A DNA stretch of 64,000 nucleotides from Candidatus Latescibacterota bacterium. GTDB lineage: Bacteria; Latescibacterota; UBA2968; UBA8231. The notes under the pieces were generated by a model. The model was not told where the DNA came from. It did no database searches and worked only from the letters and a program-made list of their open reading frames with translations. Shown here piece after piece: positions 31,472 to 40,698 of the stretch. The stretch spans positions 224,001 through 288,000 of the forward strand of contig CBDCXV010000010.1 in the NCBI GenBank assembly GCA_965223905.1. Direction: 5' to 3'. Within the stretch, counting starts at the first letter, position 1; every line of letters begins with the position of its first letter. Made by a program: the position numbers and the translations under genes.

Positions 31472-32269
31472 GTGCTGGAGGACCGGATAGCCGTCGTCAC
31501 CGGGGCCGGCCAGGGGATCGGGCTGGGCGTCGCCCGAGCGCTGGCCGCCCAGGGGGCCTGCGTAGTCATCGGCGAACTGGTCCCGGAGCGCGGTGAAAAG
31601 GCCGCGGCCGGCATTGTAGCGGAAGGGTACCGCGCCGGGGCGATACAGCTCGACGTCAGCCGGCCGGAGTCCTGTTCCGCCCTCGTCGACGCCGTGCTGG
31701 GGGAGCACGGCCGCATCGACATCCTCGTCAACTGCGCCGGCATCTTCACCGCCCACCGGTCGGAGGAGTTCCCCGAGGAGGACTGGCGGCGGCAGATCGA
31801 CGTCCTGCTGAACGGCGTCTTCTTCACCACCCAGGAGGTGGTCCGCCGGGCCATGATCCCGCAGCAGTCCGGCAGCGTCGTCACCGTCGCCTCGATCGGC
31901 GGCATGGGCGGGTGGCCGATGCGGGCGGCCTACAACGCCGCCAAGGCCGGGGTCATCGTGCTCAACGAGGTGCTGGCGTCCGAGTGGGCACGGCACGGCA
32001 TCCGCCTCAACTGCGTCTCCCCCGGCGTCACCCGGACCGGGATGATCGAAAAGGTGATGGCCTCGGGCGCTTCCTCCATGGACCGCTACCGCAACCGCAC
32101 CCCTCTAGGACGGATCGCCGAGGTCGAGGAGATCGCCAGCGCCGTCCTCTTCCTGGTATCGGACCGCGCCTCGTACATCACCGGGGAGAACCTGCGCGTC
32201 GACGGCGGCTGGGTGCCCTGGGGCAACCTCGAAGCCGTCGGCTTTCCCGAAGATGACGGCAGGACTTGA
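31472..32269 (+). CDS. SDR family NAD(P)-dependent oxidoreductase
   Basis: TGAGQGIG, NCAG, YNAAK and VDGG motifs. Confidence 0.92.
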   Translation: MLEDRIAVVTGAGQGIGLGVARALAAQGACVVIGELVPERGEKAAAGIVAEGYRAGAIQLDVSRPESCSALVDAVLGEHGRIDILVNCAGIFTAHRSEEFPEEDWRRQIDVLLNGVFFTTQEVVRRAMIPQQSGSVVTVASIGGMGGWPMRAAYNAAKAGVIVLNEVLASEWARHGIRLNCVSPGVTRTGMIEKVMASGASSMDRYRNRTPLGRIAEVEEIASAVLFLVSDRASYITGENLRVDGGWVPWGNLEAVGFPEDDGRT

Positions 32270-33027
32270 CTTCGCCGGCAGGACCGTGGTCGTCACCGGC
32301 GCCGGCGGCGGGCTCGGCTCGGACATGGCCCGCCGCTTCGGCGAGGCCGGGGCTTTCGCGGTGGTCGCCGACATCGACGCGGCAGCCGGCCATGCCGTCG
32401 CAGAGGAGTTGCGCGGCGACGGCATCGAGGCCGTGTACCGCCGGCTCGACGTGCGCGATCCGGCGTTCCAGCGCCGGCCTCGTCGAGGCGGTGGCCGGCG
32501 AGCGCGGCCGCGTCGACGTCTGGGTCAACAACGCCGGGGTGGCCCACAAGGGGCCGGCTGAAACCCTGCCGCAGGAGCAGTGGCGGGAGAGTATCGACGT
32601 CATGCTCTCGGGCGCCTTCTACTGCGCCCAGGCGGCGGCCCGCCCCATGCTGGAACAGGGACGGGGCGTGATCGTCAACGTCGCTTCCATCATCGGCTGC
32701 TTCCCGATCGAGCAGCGCGTCGCCTACGGCACCGCCAAGGCGGGACTGATCGCCCTCACCGAAGCCCTCGGGATCGAGTGGGCGGACCGCGGGGTGCGCG
32801 TCGTCGGCGTCGCCCCGGCGGTGGTGATGACGGAGATGGTGCGCAAGGGGCTGGCCGAGGGCACGGCCACGGTCGCCGCGTACGAGCGCCGCACCCCGAT
32901 GCGAAGGCTCGGCACGAAACGCGAGGTCTCCGATGCCGTCCTCTACCTCGCCAGCGACGAGGCCTCGTTCATTACCGCCGAGACCCTGAAGATAGACGGG
33001 GGCTGGGGCGCCTATTCCTTCTTCTGA
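32253..33027 (+). CDS. SDR family oxidoreductase (frameshift near 32465)
   Basis: TGAGGGLG in one frame; NNAG, YGTAK and IDGG in the next. Confidence 0.8.
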
Positions 33028-33039
33028 GAAAGGGCATTT

Positions 33040-33517
33040 GTGAAAGTCGCCGGAGCGGCGCACACGTCGTACACGGTTTCGACCTGGCGCGGTCCAAGCA
33101 GTTCTACTGCGGCCTTCTCGGCTGCGAGGTGCTGTGGGAGCGGGAGATCGTCGAGACCTATTTCCGCGCCATCGTCGGTTTTCCCGATTGCGTGGTGAAG
33201 GCGGCGCAGCTGCGCATTCCCGGATCGGACCACGTGCTCGAGCTGTTCGAGTACGCGCATCCGCGCGCCGCCCCGCGGTGCCGCCGGTCAACCACCCGGG
33301 AAGCTCCCACATCGCCTTCCTCGTCGACGACATCCACGCCGCCTGCGAGGAGCTCGGGGCCCGGGGGGTGGCGATCCGCTCCGACCCGGTGGAGGTCGAC
33401 TACGGCGCCAACAAGGGGGCCTGGGGGGTGTACATCGAAGACCCGGACGGCATCCCCATGGAGCTGTTCCAGCCCCGCGTTGACCGGCGCCGGCACCGCG
33501 AATCACCGCCCTGTTGA
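33040..33517 (+). CDS. VOC/glyoxalase family protein (frameshifted)
   Basis: AHTSYTVS/DLARSKQFY, LELFEY, HIAFLVDDI and YIEDPDGIPMEL spread across frames. Confidence 0.75.
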
Positions 33518-33626
33518 CACCGCCGCCACCCCAGCCCCGTTCCGTCCGCCTGATTTCGCGGCCTAGCGGGAATCCGCGCCGGACTCGCCCGGACTCGCGA
33601 CGACGCCATTTGCCGATCGGGAACCG

Positions 33627-34385
33627 ATGACCCTCCGCTTCGCCTGCAGCAGCCTGACCTGGCCCCACGAGGAGCTCGAGCGCAATCTCGCCCTGCTCGC
33701 CCCAAGCGGCTACGAAGGGTGGGAGACCCGCGAGCCCCTCGACATCCTCGGCCCGCCGCGGCGCCTGCTGCGCCTGTGCGCCTCCGCCGGCATCGAGATC
33801 GCCGCGGTGACCGGGCCGAACGTCACGCGCTCGACCGCGGACCCGGCGCAGCAGATCTGCAAGCGCCGCATCGAGTACGCCGCCGACCTCGGGGTCGGGC
33901 TGTTCATGACCAAGGGACCGGGGCACGGAGAGGTCTCGCCGGCCCCGGACGGAGAGCTCGACCGCATCGCCGCGGTGTACGAGGACCTCGCCGAGCACGG
34001 GGACCGGCTCGGGGTCGCGGTGACCTACCACCCGCACGAGAACCACTTCGTCGACAGCGCCGGCGAGTGGCGGCGGTTCATGCCGCGGCTGCGGGTCTGC
34101 CGCTTGTGCCTCGACGTGATGCACGCCGTGCTGTGGGGGTGGGATCCGGCCGCGGCGGCGCGGGAGTTCGCCGGCCGCATCGCCTACGTCCACCTGCACG
34201 GAAGGAAGGGGAAGGAGCCGGCCGACCTCGACGACGGTCCCTTGTGCGACTACGCCGGGTTCCTGTGTACGCTCGAGGAGGAGCTAGGGTTCTCGGGGTG
34301 GGTGGTGGTCCTGCCGGGGGGCCGGCGGCCCGCGGAGGAGAGCATCCGCCGCAACCGCGACTACCTGCGCGGCCTGGGATACTGA
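33627..34385 (+). CDS. Sugar phosphate isomerase/epimerase TIM-barrel protein
   Basis: GYEGWE, YHPHE, LDVMH and YVHL motifs. Confidence 0.8.
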   Translation: MTLRFACSSLTWPHEELERNLALLAPSGYEGWETREPLDILGPPRRLLRLCASAGIEIAAVTGPNVTRSTADPAQQICKRRIEYAADLGVGLFMTKGPGHGEVSPAPDGELDRIAAVYEDLAEHGDRLGVAVTYHPHENHFVDSAGEWRRFMPRLRVCRLCLDVMHAVLWGWDPAAAAREFAGRIAYVHLHGRKGKEPADLDDGPLCDYAGFLCTLEEELGFSGWVVVLPGGRRPAEESIRRNRDYLRGLGY

Positions 34386-34479
34386 GCGGGAACCCAAGGC
34401 CGCCCGAAGCAACGGAAAGGATCCGCCGATCTCGGCCACGGCCCGTAGTCGACTACCTGCGCGGCCTGGATACTGAGCG
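34358..34479 (+). repeat. ~30-bp direct repeat of the upstream gene's 3' end
   Basis: CGACTACCTGCGCGGCCTGG(G)ATACTGAGCG at 34358-34388 and 34450-34479. Confidence 0.85.
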
Positions 34480-34728
34480 AATCGCCCCAAAACCCCGGGC
34501 CGCTCGAGTACGAACGGAAACCGGTGGGCTACGGTTTCCCTCTGCGCCGCCCTCATGCCTGCGGCCCCGGCTGCAACGGGGTTCCACAAAGCCGCGGATC
34601 ATCTCCGGACAAGGGCTGCCGCGAATCTCCCCCGGCGAAGAACCGCTTTATAGCGACCGGCCGCATCCGCCGCCCAATCGATCCCACGACCGTCCGGCTC
34701 CACTGTGTGTAAAGGGGCGAACCCCCCT

Positions 34729-35763
34729 TCAGCGCCGGATCCGGGCGAGCTTGGCCTGGAAATCCTCCCGGTCGAGCACCTCCCTGTTGACCAGGGCCGC
34801 GGGGATCTTCCCCGCCATGATCTCCTGCGCCTGGGCGAGCTTGCCGCTCCAGGCGGTGGTGTAGTACTCGTCGGTGTGGCAGAGCGAGTGCGGGGAGACG
34901 ACGACGTTCTCCATGCGCAGCAGCGGGTTGTCCGGGTCGACCGGCTCCTGCTCGAAGACGTCGAGGCCGGCCCCCCGGATCGTCCCCTGCCGCAGCGCCT
35001 CGATCAGGGCCGGCTCGTCGACGACGGAGCCCCGCGAGGTGTTTACGAGGTAGGCGGACGGCTTCATGCGCCGCAGCTCTTCGGCGCCGATCAGGTGCCG
35101 CGTCTCGCCGTTCAGGGGCACGCAGATGCAGACGAAGTCCGACTCGGCCAGCAGGCGGCCGCGGTCGACCAGCTCCACCCCGAGGCCGTCCAGGGCTTCC
35201 GGTCTCGCGTACGGATCGCAGGCCAGCAGCCTCATGGCGAACGGCTGCGCCAGGACGAGGACCTCGCGCCCGATGTTGCCCACCCCGATCACTCCCAGGG
35301 TCTTCCCGGTCAGCCCTTCCCCCTTGTAGTCGGCGCGATCCGCCCAGCGCCCTTCGCGGGTGACCCTGTCCTTGTTTATCAGCTTCGTAGCCAGGGCGAG
35401 GATGTGGGTCATGTTGGTCACCGCCATCGGCCGGCGCACGGCGTCGGGAGCGGTGCAGAGCATCACCCCGGCCCCGGTCAGGGCGGCGACGTCGATGTGA
35501 TCGTACCCGACCCCCATGAAGAGCACGGCGATCAGGCGCTCGCTGTCGGCGACGGAGCGGGTCGTCCACGGGACCCCGGCGGAGATGACCATGTCGCAGT
35601 GGGCGACCTGCCCGGGCGCGATCTCCGGCAGAAGCTCGGCGAGCACCTCGTGCTCGACCCCTGGCATGCGGTCGAAGAGACCCAGCCCCTCCCCAGGTAT
35701 TATGAGGTTCTCCCCGGCGTCGAACAGGTCTCGGGTGATGGCGATTCGCACAGTGTCGCTCAT
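34729..35763 (-). CDS. D-isomer specific 2-hydroxyacid dehydrogenase (phosphoglycerate DH-like)
   Basis: GVGYDHID, GVGNIG, NTSRG, LDVFEQEP and SPH motifs. Confidence 0.92.
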   Translation of the reverse strand: MSDTVRIAITRDLFDAGENLIIPGEGLGLFDRMPGVEHEVLAELLPEIAPGQVAHCDMVISAGVPWTTRSVADSERLIAVLFMGVGYDHIDVAALTGAGVMLCTAPDAVRRPMAVTNMTHILALATKLINKDRVTREGRWADRADYKGEGLTGKTLGVIGVGNIGREVLVLAQPFAMRLLACDPYARPEALDGLGVELVDRGRLLAESDFVCICVPLNGETRHLIGAEELRRMKPSAYLVNTSRGSVVDEPALIEALRQGTIRGAGLDVFEQEPVDPDNPLLRMENVVVSPHSLCHTDEYYTTAWSGKLAQAQEIMAGKIPAALVNREVLDREDFQAKLARIRR

Positions 35764-35771
35764 GGTGTTTC

Positions 35772-36350
35772 TCAGTCCGTTTCAGTGGGAGTGTCCAGCA
35801 CCCCGAGCTCGTCGAGGCGGCGGAGCCAGCGCTGGTGCCGCTGGCCCGGAAGGGAGCGCCAGTGTTCCCCGTACATCCGGCGTTTCTTGCGGGTGAAGAT
35901 CTGGTGGTTTCCCCGCATCTGGCTGACCACCGCCTCGGTCGCCTGCGGGGATTCCGGGTCCTCGTAGTAGACGATTACCCCCTGGCGCCGCCCCGCGGCC
36001 CCGCCGAACGAGGCGTGCCAGAGGCCGACGTCGAAGGCGAGCACGTCGCCCGGCTGCGATTCGAAGACGTGGGCCGGCATCTGCACCGGGGGAATCCCGT
36101 ACGCCTCCCCGGGATCGCTCACGACCATGCCGTGCAGGGGTTGGCGGTGCGAGCCGGGGATGACGCGCAGGGCCCCGGTGGCGCCATCGAGCCGGTCGGG
36201 ATAGTCGAACTCCTCGTCCTCCAGCCAGGCCGCCATCCCGGAATCGAACTCCTCGCTGAAGCGCTCCATCTCCTCAGGGGAGAGCAACTGCCTGAAAACC
36301 AGGAACCCGAAGGTCTCGAAGTGATTGAGCTGTTGTGCGCCGAGTCGCAT
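35772..36350 (-). pseudogene. Phytanoyl-CoA dioxygenase family protein, internally deleted
   Basis: FETFGFL, GALRVIPGSH and PGDV..F...WH are present, but the HxD iron-binding segment is missing. Confidence 0.65.
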
Positions 36351-36493
36351 GATTACCCTTTTGCGTTGGCGGCCGCCTTCCGGCCGCCGTCGATTTTCCG
36401 CAACACCGGACCTGATTGCAAGCCCGGCGCCGCGGCCTCCGCGGTCGCCCCTTCGAGCGGCTTGCAGACATCACAACGAACGAGGAGACGGTC

Positions 36494-37534
36494 ATGAGCG
36501 ACCTCAAGGTCGGCATAGTGGGACTGGGCTGGGTTGCCGGCGCCCACATCGAAACCTTCAAGTCGGTAGAGGGGGGCAGCGTCACCGCGGTCTGCTCCCG
36601 CAGGGAACACGACGAGGCCGACCTGGCAGCGCAGTTCGGCACCCCGCTGAAGGCGTACACCAGCTTCGACGAGATGCTGGCCGACGGCGACATCGACGTC
36701 GTCGACATCTGCACCCCCCACCCCTTCCACGCGGAGCAGGCGATCGCCGCGGCGCGCGCCGGCAAGCACCTGATCATCGAGAAGCCGGTCTGCCTCACGT
36801 ACGAGGACCTGGTGGCGATGGGGGAGGCGATAGGCGAGAGCGGCGTCGAGGTCTGCGTCTGCTTCGAGTGCCGCTACAGCGCCCACTTCACCCTGATCCG
36901 CTCGGTCATCGACCAGGGTCTGCTCGGCGACCTGCATTTCGCCGAGGTCGACTACTACCACGGCATCGGGCCCTGGTACGGGCAGTACGGCTGGAACGTC
37001 AAGAAGGAGATGGGAGGCAGCTCCCTGCTGACCGCGGGCTGCCACGCCCTGGACGCCTGCCTGTTCTTCATGGACGGCAGCGTCGAGGAGGTGTCGAGCT
37101 ACCAGGTGATGTCGAAGGGGGCGGACTTCGCGCCCTACGAGTACAACACCACCAGCGTCAGCACCCTGAAGTTCGCCGGCGGCGAAAAGCTCGCCAAGGT
37201 CACCTCCTGCATCGACTGCCTGCAGCCCTACTACTTCCACATCCACCTCGTCGGCAGCGAGGGCAGCCTGCTCGACAACCGGATCTACTCGAAGAAGCTG
37301 AAGGGTATGGTCAAGGACAGGTGGAGCATCCTCGAGACCTCGCTTATCGATTCGGGGGACGTCAGCGACCACCCCTACCAGCCGCAGTTCCAGGCATTCG
37401 TCGACGCCATCGGCAGGAACGAGGCCATGCCGCTGACCGACTGGGACACCGCCTCCGAGTCCTCGCGGGTAGTGTTCGCCGCGGACCTCGCCGCGGCCGA
37501 AGGCCGGCCGGTGGCGATGTCGGAGCTGGCCTGA
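36494..37534 (+). CDS. Gfo/Idh/MocA family oxidoreductase
   Basis: [19 protein letters not shown] and GCHALD motifs. AGGAG RBS. Confidence 0.92.
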   Translation: MSDLKVGIVGLGWVAGAHIETFKSVEGGSVTAVCSRREHDEADLAAQFGTPLKAYTSFDEMLADGDIDVVDICTPHPFHAEQAIAAARAGKHLIIEKPVCLTYEDLVAMGEAIGESGVEVCVCFECRYSAHFTLIRSVIDQGLLGDLHFAEVDYYHGIGPWYGQYGWNVKKEMGGSSLLTAGCHALDACLFFMDGSVEEVSSYQVMSKGADFAPYEYNTTSVSTLKFAGGEKLAKVTSCIDCLQPYYFHIHLVGSEGSLLDNRIYSKKLKGMVKDRWSILETSLIDSGDVSDHPYQPQFQAFVDAIGRNEAMPLTDWDTASESSRVVFAADLAAAEGRPVAMSELA

Positions 37535-37765
37535 AGGTCTAGGCCCGGTTCCGGCCGCTGCGGATTCGGGGTGCCGGATCGGCTGATTGACCGATTCGCC
37601 GATCCCGGAACAGGCGGGAAAACCGGGAAATCGCCCACGGGGAGGGCGGCTTTGATTCGGCGGCTCGCAACGGGCCCGGGCTGACGCGAAATGGAGAGCA
37701 CAGGCCCCGGCAGCCTGCGCGCACAGTTCCGCGCGAACTCGGCAGACCGCCCATTGGACGCGCGA

Positions 37766-38950
37766 TCACTCCATGGAGACGAGGTAACCTGTCAGGCCGC
37801 CGGCGAGAATCAGCCAGGCCGGGCTCATGCCGGTGCAGGTGGTGATGAGGAAGGCCATGCCCGCCATCCACCAGGAGAACCCGCCGGTCAGAGAGGCTTC
37901 GGCCAGCTTCACGGTCACCGCCAGCATCAGCCCGGTGGCGCCGGCGTTCACGCCGTCGAGGAAGGCGCCGGCCAAGCGGGACTCGCGCAGCCGCGGGATC
38001 AGCGGGTTGACCGCGGCGACGTAGAAGAACGAGGGCAGGAAGATGGCGACCGTCGCCACCAGGGCTCCCCAGGGGCCGGCGATCACGTAGCCGATGAAGG
38101 TCGCCGTCGACAGCACCGGGCCGGGGGTGAACTGGCCCACGGCAACCGCCTCCATCAGCTGCTCGCCGGTGATCAGGCCGAGATCGTCGACCAGGCCGCC
38201 TTCGAGGAAGGCGATCAGCACGTAGCCGCTGCCGAAGAGGACGGCCCCGACTTTCAGGAAGAAGAGGCCGAGTGCCCACAGCGGCACCGATGCTGCGGCT
38301 CCGCCCGCGGCCATGGCGGCCGCGGAAATCGCCGCGGCCCGCGCCGGCACGGCTCCCAGGGCCGCGGTCAGACCGGCCCAGACCGCGGGCCCGGCCGGGT
38401 TCCGGATGCCGAGCCAGAGCATCCCGAGGAGGCCGGCGGCGAGCAGGGCCACCACCTCGAATCCCTGTCTGTAGGAGACCGCGGCAACCGCGATCCCGAT
38501 CAGCGCCAGGCGCCAGTCCCGGGCCGCGGTGCGCCCGAGCCGGAGGAGGGCCGCGGCGATGACGGCGACGACCACCGGCTTCACCCCGGCGAGGACCGGC
38601 TCCAGCTCCGGCAGGGTCCCCCAGCGCACGTACACGGCGGCGAGCACCCCCGTGACGAGGACCGCCGGGAGAATGAAGCAGATTCCCGCGGTCAGCAGTC
38701 CGGGCCAGCCGCCGCGGCGGTACCCCACGTGGATCGCCATCTCGGTCGAGTTCGGCCCCGGGATCAGGTGCGTCGCCCCGAGGAGATCGAGGAAGCTTTC
38801 GCGCGACAGCCACTTGCGGCGCCCGACGACCTCCTCCTCCATCATGGCGATGTGCGCCGCGGGGCCGCCGAAACCAATGGTCCCCAGCTTCAGGAAGAGG
38901 CGGGCAATCGCCCCGACTGCAACCGGACGTGGCTCCTTCGTCTCCGTCAT
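37766..38950 (-). CDS. chrA: Chromate efflux transporter
   Basis: GFGGPAAH, PGPNSTE, FGSGYVL and TPGPV motifs; two-domain CHR layout. Confidence 0.92.
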   Translation of the reverse strand: MTETKEPRPVAVGAIARLFLKLGTIGFGGPAAHIAMMEEEVVGRRKWLSRESFLDLLGATHLIPGPNSTEMAIHVGYRRGGWPGLLTAGICFILPAVLVTGVLAAVYVRWGTLPELEPVLAGVKPVVVAVIAAALLRLGRTAARDWRLALIGIAVAAVSYRQGFEVVALLAAGLLGMLWLGIRNPAGPAVWAGLTAALGAVPARAAAISAAAMAAGGAAASVPLWALGLFFLKVGAVLFGSGYVLIAFLEGGLVDDLGLITGEQLMEAVAVGQFTPGPVLSTATFIGYVIAGPWGALVATVAIFLPSFFYVAAVNPLIPRLRESRLAGAFLDGVNAGATGLMLAVTVKLAEASLTGGFSWWMAGMAFLITTCTGMSPAWLILAGGLTGYLVSME

Positions 38951-39228
38951 CGGCAGTGAAACCCCGTTGTCATCAAAGGTGCCTGGTGTCGCGCTCCTTC
39001 CGGCGTCGATTCGGCCGAACCAGCATCAGGGGAAATCGACCCGTTGTCCAACCACATCATCCGTGGATTCGACCTCATTGCTCTTTCTGGGGCTCCTGCG
39101 GTCCGGGCCCTTCGGCGTGGGACGGCTCGCCGGAAAATAACCCGGGCCTTCCCCGGCTCAAACTGCTCCTCACCCCTGTTTTCCATAGTCTTGTCGCCCA
39201 CTTCTTCCCCTGACCAGGAGCTGGTTCA

Positions 39229-40201
39229 ATGTCGATCAGGACAGGTGCCGCCCAAACCGACATAACCCCTGCCGGCCCGGTGTGGATGGCCGGGTACGGG
39301 GACCGCGACCGGCGCTCCGAGGGGATGTACCAGCCCCTGGGCGCCGGGGCGATCTATCTCGGGGGAGCGGCCGACGAGGTGGTGCTGATCGCCGCGGACC
39401 TCATCGGCTTCGACCTCGCGTACGCGGCGCAGGCGAAGCAGCGGATCGCCGCGGCCACCGGCATGCTGCCGCGGCAGGTGGTGCTGACGGCGACGCACAC
39501 CCATTGCGGCCCGCTCTTCTACCCGATGATGATGCCGGGCGAGCCGGAGCTGGAGTACGCCGGCGTTCTTCAGCACCGGATGCGCCGGGGACGTGCGGCC
39601 CTGGTACAACCCCGGGGGAGCCGACTTCCGGCGACCTGGGATCGCCGAAGTCGCCGCGGCGGGAAGCGGCCTCGCCGAGGAAGTGCTGGCCGGCAGGGCC
39701 TCCTCGCTGCCTGTCGATGCGGGCGGGCTGAAGATCGCCGGTGACTTCCACCTGCTCCCCTACGCGGATCTCCCCGACGCACCTCACCTCGGCCGCTTCG
39801 CCGCCCGGGAACAGGGGCAGCGCCGGAGGTGGGCGGAATACGTGAAGGGGCTGCTTGCGCAGGGACCGCTGCCGGAGGGCTGTCCGCACGAGATCCAGGT
39901 GCTTCAGCTCAACCCCGGATTCCGGGTCCTGTTCCTGGGAGGGGAGGTGCTGAGCGAGATCGGCCTGCACCTGAAGCGGGCGCTGTCCCCGGCGGTCACC
40001 GTCGCCGCGGCCTGCAGCAACGGCCTGATCGGGTACATCCCCTCGAAGAACGCCTGGCCGTTGGGCGGGTACGAAGTCGCCAGATCCCACTACTACTTCC
40101 GCCTGCCGGCCCCGTTCACCGAGGATGTCGAGGACCGGCTGGTGGAGGCCACCCTCGGCGTCGTGGAGTCGATGCGCCGGGCACCCCGCCTCCTTCCATG
40201 A
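39229..40201 (+). pseudogene. Neutral/alkaline ceramidase-like protein, frameshifted and internally deleted
   Basis: DITP...MAGY, ATHTHCGP and C-terminal GEV...NGLIGYIP...GGYE. The middle is missing. Confidence 0.7.
39896..40174 (+). repeat. 279-bp imperfect direct repeat, copy 1 (3' part of the ceramidase-like gene)
   Basis: Matches 43673-43951, with many synonymous differences. Confidence 0.9.
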
Positions 40202-40227
40202 ACCACCCATCCAGCCGTCGCGCAGGA

Positions 40228-40264
40228 GTTTCAATCCGCTCCCCTCACTGAAGCGAAGGGAGAT
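40228..40264 (-). CRISPR. Single orphan CRISPR-like repeat (37 bp), no array
   Basis: Minus strand ATCTCCCTTCGCTTCAGTGAGGGGAGCGGATTGAAAC: internal palindrome and ATTGAAAC end, with an AT-richer leader-like tract upstream. No second copy seen. Confidence 0.5.
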
Positions 40265-40698
40265 GGTAAATTTTGGGGGATTAATTACTTGAGTGCGCAA
40301 CCCAACGCCTTGGGAAGCAAAGGCTTAGGGCTTTTTTCCGGTATGGCGTGGGGGGAAGGGGCCAGCGGGAGCAGGAGAGGCGGTCCTATATTGGGGACTC
40401 TATACTGACTTGACCAACCCCGGAGTAAAGAGGCCTAAGCCGCTCCAACCAGACGGCTTCGGCCGGACCTCCGGTGGCACTTTCCGGGTTTTACGGGTCC
40501 CTCCAAGTGCCGGTCGAGGCGTTCGTTCAAGGGTGCGATGTCCTGACGAATCTCTCGCTTGAACTCGTTGATGTCGGCATGGATCAAGCTTCAGAGGGCC
40601 AAACCTACTCCCACTACCAGGGCCTGGGTGAGGTATTGCTCAATAATCCTGTCCGCTAAAAGTCCCTCTTTCCGTAGGTCCTTGCCTTCAATCGTTTC

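Noticed and set aside
40228-40264. CRISPR array
   Set aside because: Only one repeat found, with no repeat-spacer periodicity.
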